A stretch of DNA of 64,000 bases from Candidatus Thorarchaeota archaeon (GTDB lineage Archaea; Asgardarchaeota; Thorarchaeia; Thorarchaeales; Thorarchaeaceae). Below, piece after piece: positions 7,976 through 16,119 of the stretch. The first letter of the stretch is position 1. Each line of letters opens with the position of its first letter. The translations under genes were made by a program, and so were the position numbers. The notes below the pieces were generated by a model, which was not told where the DNA came from, searched no databases, and saw only the letters and a program-made list of their open reading frames with translations. The stretch lies in assembly GCA_003345595.1 (NCBI GenBank), contig PRDI01000058.1, positions 15,983 to 79,982 on the forward strand. Direction: 5' to 3'.

Positions 7976-10257
7976 TAGTCATCCCCACCTGAAGAGGTGC
8001 CAACGTCATCCTCCTCGCTATCTCCAAGCGGAATATCCGCAAGCAGATCCGCACTGAGCACGTCGCCTTCAATCTCCTCTTCGTCCGCCTCCATCTCAAA
8101 ACCGGATATGGCATCTCGCAGTCTGGATGCGATTGTTTCAGCATCGAACAGCTTCTTGCGCTTGCTATCATTGGCTATCGCAACGAGGCTGTGAGCGAAC
8201 TGATCAGCGTACATGGCAAGAATGCCTGCCCTCTTGGCCTTCTTCTTTGCAGTTTCACGACGGGTTATGAACAACCTGAACTTCCGTCCTGCATCCTCAA
8301 GTGCGAGCTTAATCTCTCTTATGAGAACCTCATCTTCTGCCAGAGCCTGCTTGCTTTGGCCCTTGAACATGACATGAACGTATGCCCCGCACACATGTAT
8401 GAAGAGCATAACTGGTCCTCTTGGCACGCCGTTGTCGAAGGAATCCAGCTTGTAATTCCTCCAGTTCACAGAGGTTGTTGCCTTCCAAGTCGCACAGTCA
8501 CTGTTGTCTCGGAGCTTCGGCACTCGATTGACAAATCTCCACAATACCGCGTTCGCTGAACCTGCAGGTTTGATATCGCCGCCATATGCAATGCAGACCT
8601 CGACCGCAAAGGATAGTCCCTTTCCTGACGTGGGCTTCCTGGTTATTGCTGTGACGAACTCGGGGTTGTAGGCCTGCTTTATCGTCTTCTCGAAGATTTC
8701 CTCTCCGACTGGTACAACTGTGTCCGTGGGTGGAGCAATGTATTCTTCGCTCGAGAACGCCTTGTAGAGATACTCCACCTCAGTCTTCGACAACGAGTCT
8801 GTCGGAGTCCTTGGACCTATCGTGGGGAGCTTCCGAATCCTCAGTTCTTTGTTGGTGTTGTCTATAATCGTACTCGCCTTGTTTCCGCTTAGTCTGCAAA
8901 AGCCCCTTGTGAGAAAACCATGAAGGTCTCGTTCTGATGTTTCTCGAAGCAGGTCCTGAAACTCACCTATTCTTATGCTGGCTGGGTGCGCTTGGGCGTA
9001 CTTCGGTTCTTCTGGGAAAGTGTTTACTCGTCGAGGATAGATATGCACTTCCCCATAGGGGTCTATGAACACAAGGGTGATGTGAGGGTCCAGCAGGGAG
9101 GTCATCTGAGCGTAGACATCCGCATATCCTCGTTTGTACTGAATGTTGAGGTAGTAGAGTCTGATGTAAGTGCCGTGGTCGAAGGGTAGATCCATTTCGA
9201 GTGGGCCGTTGACATACTCCTTCGTGTTTGCGGTTGTCGTGTAGTACTCCGCCACGGTCGCCTTTTCTGATGTAAACTTCTTTGTGACTGCGAATATTGG
9301 CTTTCCCGTCGTGTTCTGAGCGTCACTGAAAGCTGACGGAGCTCCAAATCCTTGGCTTCCTCTGGTCTGTTTCAGTTTCTCTGACTTGCTGGATGCCAAG
9401 TAGATGCCAAACTTCTCGAGGTCTGCCGGGACCATTCCGACACCGGTGTCAAAGCAGATGAACTCATAGACTTTGAAGCCTTCCTCACTGACCACTGGGA
9501 CCAAGTCTGGCATGAGGAGCTCGGTCACCTGTATGACAACTAGGGGTTCGTGCTTCGTGATGAATCCTCGGAATGGAACAAGGAACTTCCTGAATCTCGC
9601 GAGGTGTGTTTCCAGGTTATCTTTGGGTCGCGGCGGGATATCCACCTGTTTTCCATCACGTATGTCCTTCTCAATCTTCTTGCTGAGGGCAATCGTGTCT
9701 TCCAGCTGGTCCTTGAACTTCTCCCTGACTTCCTCGACAAGCTTCGGATCAAGCTGGTCGCTTAGGCGAGGCTTCCTGTCTGTCTTCCACCACCAGCTCT
9801 CCAGTGCGTCAATTGCATTGTCGATAAACTCAATGGAATACTGCGTATGCTTGTTTAGACCAGTTTCGAAACCAACAAGCTGCGTCCTCTTTCGCATGAA
9901 CTTAGCAATTGTGCCTTGCTTGATGTCTCCAGACTCCTCAAGAGGGGCTTCGACTGCGGGCTCACTTCCCTTTGGAGTGTCCTTCTTCTTGTCCCTTCTC
10001 TTGATCCTCTTTTCAGAAACGGATTCTTTCTTGGCTTTCTTTTCGACAGTCTTCTTCGGAACGGCCTGTTTCCTACTCTTGCTTTCGGCGCTCTTCTTTG
10101 GGGCAGACTTCTTGCTCTTGGCGCTCTTCTCTACAGTGCTCTTCTTACTGTCCTTCTTCTCCGGACTCAATGGGCTCACCTCAAATAGGCCGTGCTGTTC
10201 ATTCAACATGCTTCGCAACAGGCAGGGACAACTAGCTCGTTGGCTCGTTTCTGTCAT
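7975..10257 (-). CDS. top6B: DNA topoisomerase VI subunit B
   Basis: GHKL motifs EFIDNAIDA, DTGVGM and RGSQGFGA; H2TH region; transducer RFVNRVP. Lys-rich N-terminus and acidic tail. Exact start uncertain. Confidence 0.95.
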   Translation of the reverse strand: MTETSQRASCPCLLRSMLNEQHGLFEVSPLSPEKKDSKKSTVEKSAKSKKSAPKKSAESKSRKQAVPKKTVEKKAKKESVSEKRIKRRDKKKDTPKGSEPAVEAPLEESGDIKQGTIAKFMRKRTQLVGFETGLNKHTQYSIEFIDNAIDALESWWWKTDRKPRLSDQLDPKLVEEVREKFKDQLEDTIALSKKIEKDIRDGKQVDIPPRPKDNLETHLARFRKFLVPFRGFITKHEPLVVIQVTELLMPDLVPVVSEEGFKVYEFICFDTGVGMVPADLEKFGIYLASSKSEKLKQTRGSQGFGAPSAFSDAQNTTGKPIFAVTKKFTSEKATVAEYYTTTANTKEYVNGPLEMDLPFDHGTYIRLYYLNIQYKRGYADVYAQMTSLLDPHITLVFIDPYGEVHIYPRRVNTFPEEPKYAQAHPASIRIGEFQDLLRETSERDLHGFLTRGFCRLSGNKASTIIDNTNKELRIRKLPTIGPRTPTDSLSKTEVEYLYKAFSSEEYIAPPTDTVVPVGEEIFEKTIKQAYNPEFVTAITRKPTSGKGLSFAVEVCIAYGGDIKPAGSANAVLWRFVNRVPKLRDNSDCATWKATTSVNWRNYKLDSFDNGVPRGPVMLFIHVCGAYVHVMFKGQSKQALAEDEVLIREIKLALEDAGRKFRLFITRRETAKKKAKRAGILAMYADQFAHSLVAIANDSKRKKLFDAETIASRLRDAISGFEMEADEEEIEGDVLSADLLADIPLGDSEEDDVGTSSGGDD

Positions 10258-10444
10258 CTAGTATCCATTTATTGTTTTCCCGTTGTGCCTCCCCACAGCC
10301 TTTCATAGGGCGCGTTTGGGTCGGAACGGGCTGTTTCGAACGACTTCGATGGCCCATACGGGACTCCAAAATCGCATACTTCGGAGTTCGAGTGACCATC
10401 GGCAGGCTTTTACTGTTGCCATAGGGAGCGTCCACGAGTGTCGG

Positions 10445-11206
10445 ATGTTGCCCAGCCCTCGGATTCAAGTTATCGCAGTCGAAGGCATCCCAGTGATAGA
10501 TGGTCCGTCGGACCTCCCTGAAATCATCTTGAGAGCACTAGGGAGGTCTGGCGAGAAGCTTGTTGACGGTGACGTGATAGTCGTAGCCCAGAAGATAGTT
10601 TCCAAGTCGGAAGGAAGGGTTGTCCGTCAGAGCGATGTCCAAGTGTCTGAGCATGCCCAAGGCATTGCGAAACGCAATGGGTTTGATCCATGGCAAGTTC
10701 AGCTGGCTCTTGATGAGAGCCGAGAGGTGCTTAGGAGTGAGCGTGTCTTTATCACTGAAACACGAAACGGCATAGTGTGCAACTTCAGTGGCGTTGACAG
10801 ATCGAATGCACCAAGAGGTTCGTACATTCTCCTTCCCGAAAACCCTGATGCAAGTGCAGAACACATCATGCGTGTAGTGATCGAGCGAACAGGTCTAAGC
10901 AGGCTTGCAGTCATAGTGTCGGATACTCAGGGTCGGCCATGGCGGGTGGGTTCCGTGAACTTGGCCATAGGTTGTGCGGGCATAAACGCGTTCAAGTACA
11001 ACAGGGGCAAACAGGACCTCTATGGGAGAGTCCTTGAGCATTCGACTGTCTGCCAAATCGATGAACTCGCCGCAGCAGCAGAGCATGCAATGGGGCAGGC
11101 TGGAGAGGGTGTACCAGTTGTAATAGTAAGGGGGTACCCATACTCTGACGGCCCTGAGCATGGTAGCAACGTGCCGAGACCAAAATCCGAAGATCTGTTC
11201 AGGTAG
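10445..11206 (+). CDS. cofE: Coenzyme F420-0:L-glutamate ligase
   Basis: DGDVIVVAQKIVSKSEGR, SGVDRSN, LLPENPDAS, SDTQGRPWR, DELAAAA, PVVIVRG. Start moved to ATG 10445. Confidence 0.93.
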   Translation: MLPSPRIQVIAVEGIPVIDGPSDLPEIILRALGRSGEKLVDGDVIVVAQKIVSKSEGRVVRQSDVQVSEHAQGIAKRNGFDPWQVQLALDESREVLRSERVFITETRNGIVCNFSGVDRSNAPRGSYILLPENPDASAEHIMRVVIERTGLSRLAVIVSDTQGRPWRVGSVNLAIGCAGINAFKYNRGKQDLYGRVLEHSTVCQIDELAAAAEHAMGQAGEGVPVVIVRGYPYSDGPEHGSNVPRPKSEDLFR

Positions 11207-11294
11207 TCTAGCACAGAGTAAACTGCTGGATTCCTATTGTGCAACAAAAGAAAGAGTACGGGCAAGGCATAGCCCTGCCTCGTATGTCCATTGA

Positions 11295-12098
11295 CTATCC
11301 TACTTTCTGCCCACAGTTGTTGCAGAACTTCGCCCCCGCAGGAAGAGGCTGGCCACAGTTCGAGCAGAAACCGCCGCGGCCGCCACCGCCGCCTGTAGTC
11401 TTGAATGTGATAGTTGAGCGGTCAGGCTGTCCTCCACGTCCCGATCCGGTGCTAGTGATCGTGAAAGATCCCTGTCCTTCGTCGCCGCCCCCGGTCACCG
11501 TGACTGTTTCATCCCCACTGGATCCTCTCTGCGCACCACCGCCGCCACCTCCTTGTAGAATGGCTCCACATTGAGCACATGAAGATCTTCCGCCTGATGG
11601 AGCGCCGCAGTATGGGCACTTGCCTTGGTCTTGGGCCGCTGAGATATTTGCTATGATCGCAGAGATCACCTTAGGCTGCTTGAACTCGAATCTCATATCT
11701 CCTCCTGACTTCAGGGGAAGTATCAGTCTGTTCCCAGACATCTGCGCCTGCGAAACCGCAACTATAGGGATGGCCATACTCTCGGCGTTGCCTTTGGCAT
11801 CCTTGTTGATGAACGAGTCGTGTGTCCATGAGGAGATGGCAGTATACACGGCTGCAGCACCAACACCGCGCCCTACACTCTTGATTGCGTGTCCCCCAAT
11901 GCCTCCCACACGTGAACCGACTCCTTCGAGCAAGGCTGCGCCAGCGACTGCGCCGGCAAAGGCACCAAACTTCTTGAGGCCTCCGCTCTTGCTGGGTTTC
12001 TTATACCAGACGAGCCTCACATCAGTCAGCTCGAGGATTCCATCTTGTCCCTCGAACTTGACATCGTCTTCACGGATCATTTTCTTCTCATAACCCAT
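11295..12098 (-). CDS. Hypothetical protein: PH/GRAM-like N-terminal domain with Gly/Ala-rich insert and two zinc ribbons
   Basis: GILELTDVRLVWY resembles the GRAM/PH GxLxLTxxRLxF strand pair. CPYCG..CAQCG and CSNCG..CNNCG ribbons are separated by a Gly-rich linker. Confidence 0.65.
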   Translation of the reverse strand: MGYEKKMIREDDVKFEGQDGILELTDVRLVWYKKPSKSGGLKKFGAFAGAVAGAALLEGVGSRVGGIGGHAIKSVGRGVGAAAVYTAISSWTHDSFINKDAKGNAESMAIPIVAVSQAQMSGNRLILPLKSGGDMRFEFKQPKVISAIIANISAAQDQGKCPYCGAPSGGRSSCAQCGAILQGGGGGGAQRGSSGDETVTVTGGGDEGQGSFTITSTGSGRGGQPDRSTITFKTTGGGGGRGGFCSNCGQPLPAGAKFCNNCGQKVG

Positions 12099-12252
12099 GG
12101 TCGAAAGTCCAGAGTCAGAGAATGAAACGCTCATGAAACCTGGTCGCTCTGACAGATGATATCACCACAGAGGCGGTCAGTACGTAGCAATAATAAGCTT
12201 GCTAGCTGGCAGCCTCTGTCGGCCTGCAATCTTGGTGCGTGCTTGACTGACT

Positions 12253-13737
12253 TCAGTCGCCGGTTTTTTCTCTCATTGCTGGTCCGATTGCAGTTTCGGT
12301 AGGCTGAGATACTTGTGGCTGGCGTCGCACAAGAGCTTCGTCACCCGTCACTGGGAGCGGGTACTTGAGGCCTTTCGATATCATGATCACGCCCATGAGG
12401 GATACAATCCCACAAGACACAAGGGTCAACGGGAAGCCCCAGCGTGGGATGAGCCAACCAAAGAGCGCAATCTGCGGCATCGCTATGATTGTTCCCAAGG
12501 CAGGCTGCAACGAGTACATGCTGTTCCTGATTCGGTTGGGGATAGCGTCAATCAGGATGCGCTGAGTCAGGATTTCAGCGAACCCTCCGAAGAAGCCTGT
12601 CACTGTGAAGGTAATGAACATGAATGCTACGGGAAGTACAGTGCTTGGTGGCAGCCTCAGTATCACCAGCTGAGTGAACGGGAAGAAGATATCGATGGTC
12701 GGCGTCCCTACGGCGGCCGGTGGAAGCAGATACATGATTGCGGCGAACAGGAGGAAGAAGACAGTTCCGCACATCTGAACAAGCCTGAAACGCGGGATCC
12801 ACTTTTTGGGCTCGAACTTCCTTGACCAAATCCCAGACCGTTCCTGGGAGGCAACCCCTGGAATGAACAACAGAGTCCTGAATAGAGCAACGGCTACGTC
12901 AGTCGCCAAATAGGCGTAGTACATGGGAAAAAGTATCAGATTTCCCCACACGAGGATGCTGCTCGCTGTGACCATCGTGCCTATCATCACATACTTCACA
13001 AACGGCTCGCTGAAGATGTAGCTGACGCCTGCCTTTAGAAGCGAGCCATATTCCCCGAACGATGGTCTCTTCTGTCGGCTGGCTTTGACCTCTGGCAAGT
13101 CCTGTACTAGAACGAGGACGGAGGCCGCTATCAAGACGCACAGAATTGCTTGCAGCTGAAAAACCCAAGATCTACCGAACATGACCGCCATAAGAGAGCC
13201 AGGCAGAAGAGCCACAGTCGAAACAATCTGGAAGAGCATCCCGATCCTTCCCTGCATGACTCCGTACTGTTTCCTGTCCACATCGTTCGGCATGGCAACT
13301 CTGTAGTTGTTGTCAAACCAAGCTCCCCAAGCTCCGCTCTGTTGGGCATCGGCAGCGCCGTTTATTGCGTAAATGAGAACCAAGAGCAAGTATGGCGTAG
13401 TAACGTTGACCAGTGAAACAAGGTAGAACGTCAGGCCGTATAGCGCGAATGAGAGTGAGATGATGTATCTCTGGCCGATCCAGTCTCCCACTGCTCCTGT
13501 CGGATAGTCGAGCACTGTCTGTACGGCCATCTGTATCACGATCAACGTCCCGATGAGAGCCATTCCTTGGATGTAGTCCCCTCCGCCCAAAGCTGTCGCT
13601 ATGAAGATGACATAGAATGTTGTCGAGAAGGTGACAGTTGCTGCAATCAGAGGGAGGAAGATGGACATGACTCTGGCCATTCTCAATATTGAGTCAGGTG
13701 CATCTCTTAGTCCAAAGAACCTCGAGTTGCCGGTCAT
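12253..13737 (-). CDS. MFS transporter
   Basis: About 12 TM segments; motif-A-like GAVGDWIGQRY. Confidence 0.85.
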   Translation of the reverse strand: MTGNSRFFGLRDAPDSILRMARVMSIFLPLIAATVTFSTTFYVIFIATALGGGDYIQGMALIGTLIVIQMAVQTVLDYPTGAVGDWIGQRYIISLSFALYGLTFYLVSLVNVTTPYLLLVLIYAINGAADAQQSGAWGAWFDNNYRVAMPNDVDRKQYGVMQGRIGMLFQIVSTVALLPGSLMAVMFGRSWVFQLQAILCVLIAASVLVLVQDLPEVKASRQKRPSFGEYGSLLKAGVSYIFSEPFVKYVMIGTMVTASSILVWGNLILFPMYYAYLATDVAVALFRTLLFIPGVASQERSGIWSRKFEPKKWIPRFRLVQMCGTVFFLLFAAIMYLLPPAAVGTPTIDIFFPFTQLVILRLPPSTVLPVAFMFITFTVTGFFGGFAEILTQRILIDAIPNRIRNSMYSLQPALGTIIAMPQIALFGWLIPRWGFPLTLVSCGIVSLMGVIMISKGLKYPLPVTGDEALVRRQPQVSQPTETAIGPAMREKTGD

Positions 13738-14046
13738 TCTGTATTCAGTCCCCCAATCATGCTTCGGAAGGCCGAGTCATGCTGCAAGAACCGTGAATCA
13801 AAGCGTGCCAGTTTCGCATGTGTCATCATTCAGGTGTTCTCCTAGTTCGACTTCGCGATCTCTCGGGGTGCGGCCCCCGCAATCACACTGCAGGGACCGC
13901 TGCTGAGAGAGTAGGTATGTTTAGCCGTCCATCGGTTACCATGGTTGTCGAGAGGCTCTGCTTCTTGCCGAGTGTCAGGGCTTCCAGCGGTTTCATCGAA
14001 CCGGTCAGCCGGGAATCGGAAGAGTGCGCCGAGTCTACTCAACCAT

Positions 14047-14158
14047 GTCACCTTGTTTTGGTTTGGACTGGTCACTTGATATGCTACTGATGGTCTACAG
14101 TGCTCATTCAAGTGACCACTTGTGGTCACTCTAATACAAGTCGTGTGGTCAAGGTGAC
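14047..14158. repeat. Nested/competing inverted repeats built on a GTCAC/GTGAC core
   Basis: GTCACCTTG 14047-14055 / CAAGGTGAC 14150-14158; GGTCACTTGA 14070-14079 / TCAAGTGACC 14108-14117; AGTGACCAC 14111-14119 / GTGGTCACT 14122-14130. Confidence 0.7.
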
Positions 14159-14612
14159 CTGCTGAAGAGGCTGGCTCGCCTTTGCGCCCCACGCGGTAGT
14201 TGTTGGAACAAACCATGCTCACTGCTTCGTTGTTCACAGCCTCTACCTCATGGTGGCATAATGGTTTGGTGCTGACACCATTTAAATACTACACTGTTGA
14301 CGCAATAAACCATTGATGATGGGACCTTCGCACACAGGTGCACATCCAACGGACTAGGATTGACGAACTGAAGGTGAGATACCTGCTGAGTCCTTGCGTC
14401 GGGAATACTTAACGATAAAGCGACACCGTAGCCTTTCACAAGAATTTCATCATTGGTACCAATAAAAAGCGCAGCCACATCATGGGGTCACGTGTTGAGG
14501 TCGCTTCATGTTACCGGTCACGCAGGCAGGGGTGTAGGTGTGCGACAGTCAAAGATATTACGAAGCTGATTCAGAACCTGCAGTATCAACTAACGACAGG
14601 AGACAGGTCAGG

Positions 14613-15494
14613 ATGGATATCAAGAAGATTGCCGTGCTTGGCGCAGGCCAGATGGGCAACGGTATAGCTCATGTCTGTGCTCAGTCAGGCTATGAAGTCA
14701 AGATGCGAGATATAGAGCAACAGTTCCTCGACAAGGGCCTTGCAACGATAAAGGGAAACCTAGACCGCATGCTGAAGAAGAGCAAGATTACTCAGGTGGA
14801 CGCGGATGCAACATTGCGTCGCATAAAGTGCGTTCTCGACCTTAAGGAGGCCGTGAAGGACGCTGATCTGGTCATTGAGGCGATTCCCGAAATAGTCAAG
14901 CTGAAGTTGGACACTTGGAAGGACGTGGACGCTGCCGCCCCTGCCAGCGCCATATTGGCGTCGAACACTTCGAGCATCAGTATCACCCAAATGGCGGCTG
15001 TAACAAAGCGGCCTCAGAAGTTCATAGGCATGCACTTCTTCAACCCAGTGCCTGTCATGGGACTTGTTGAAATCATTAAAGGGCAAGCCACCGACGACGC
15101 AACTGTCGATGTGATAAAGGCTGTCGCGACTAAGGTCGGCAAGCAGACAGTCGTTGTTAAGGAAGCGCCAGGGTTCGCAGTCAATCGATTGCTGGTGCCC
15201 GCTTTGAATGAGGCTGTCTTTGCGATTCAGGAAGGCATCACGACAGTTGAAGACATGGACCTAGCCATCAAGCTCGGGTTGAACTGGCCAATGGGTCCGC
15301 TGACACTTCTTGACTTCGTGGGTCTAGACACGGCATTGTACATCGCCGATTATTTCGTGGACGAGTTCAAGGACAGCAAGTACAGGGCACCTGCCTTGTT
15401 GCGCAAGATGGTGCGTGCAGGATGGCTGGGCAGGAAGTCCGGAAGGGGCTTCTATGACTACTCAACCAATCCTCCCAAGCCGGGTAGGTTCTAA
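14613..15494 (+). CDS. hbd: 3-hydroxybutyryl/3-hydroxyacyl-CoA dehydrogenase
   Basis: GAGQMG NAD-binding motif, ASNTSS, GMHFFNPVP, PGFAVNRL, PMGPLTLLDFVGLD, GRKSGRGFY. Start moved to ATG 14613. Confidence 0.95.
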   Translation: MDIKKIAVLGAGQMGNGIAHVCAQSGYEVKMRDIEQQFLDKGLATIKGNLDRMLKKSKITQVDADATLRRIKCVLDLKEAVKDADLVIEAIPEIVKLKLDTWKDVDAAAPASAILASNTSSISITQMAAVTKRPQKFIGMHFFNPVPVMGLVEIIKGQATDDATVDVIKAVATKVGKQTVVVKEAPGFAVNRLLVPALNEAVFAIQEGITTVEDMDLAIKLGLNWPMGPLTLLDFVGLDTALYIADYFVDEFKDSKYRAPALLRKMVRAGWLGRKSGRGFYDYSTNPPKPGRF

Positions 15495-15502
15495 GAGTAA
15501 TC

Positions 15503-15534
15503 TGGGGCGGCCAAGCTAGCGAGGTTCGCCCCTC
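15503..15534 (+). terminator. GC-rich hairpin 9 nt after the hbd stop (copy 1 of a repeated element)
   Basis: TGGGGCGGCC...CGCCCCTC; GGGGCG/CGCCCC stem. Both arms recur at 53085-53121. Confidence 0.4.
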
Positions 15535-15971
15535 CTAGCTCCAGCTGGAGTTGAAGCTCTGGATACTTGCGGCTGTTTCTCTTCACTTACTCGAACTTCA
15601 ATCATATGCTGACACACATGACATATGAACTCATCAGAACTTGTCCATTGTATATCCTCCGGGGTAATTGGTTCACTGCAATAAGACCAAATCACGAAGG
15701 AAGATTTTGATCTAGTTCTCGAACGCGCTTGGGAATCAATGTCTTTCCCACCTGCTCCATCAATCCCATCCCTTCTAGGCTGACATTGGCGCCTCATGAG
15801 AATCAGCAACACAAGTAGCTACATTCCCAACATGACACGCCAAAGCACGAAAAACGGTTGCAGTAGAGGTATCATTCAGACAGCGGAGAGGATTGGAAAC
15901 ACAAGGAGCAATACGAGAGTCAATGCAACGATCACCGAATCAACTGTCTTGCTTCCTGCTTGCTCTCCCAA
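15516..15971 (-). pseudogene. Decayed 2-TM plus zinc-finger membrane protein
   Basis: One frame from TTG 15971 reads LGEQAG...VIVALTLVLLLVFPILSAV*MIPLLQPFFVLWRVMLGM*LLVLLILMRR...IWSYCSEPI...FICHVC. It has two in-frame stops (TGA 15878-15876, TAG 15821-15819) and Trp at the first expected Cys. Confidence 0.5.
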
Positions 15972-16119
15972 CTCACCTAACTGAAGACCCTTTCATTCGA
16001 AACGTAATAGGCCTGCGTTCTTCTGTTTTGTCTATTCATGCACAACCGTCATGAAACAGAATTGAACACTTGCACACATCCATCGTGAAAGGTGTTAGAC
16101 ACTGCGACAGATGTCTGTT

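Noticed and set aside
9473-10261. 262-aa plus-strand ORF
   Set aside because: Antisense to the K-rich top6B N-terminus, giving spurious F/L-rich text.
14311-14390. Possible C/D box sRNA (TGATGA ... CTGA)
   Set aside because: No D'/C' pair at archaeal spacing, and no guide complementarity could be assessed.
13842-14478. ORFs 13842..14237 and 14248..14478
   Set aside because: No recognisable motifs or convincing start context; kept as intergenic, though a decayed gene cannot be excluded.
15819-15878. Selenocysteine/pyrrolysine readthrough of the TGA and TAG in the pseudogene
   Set aside because: The stops fall in hydrophobic TM segments, not catalytic positions, and no SECIS-like element is evident. 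Decay is simpler.
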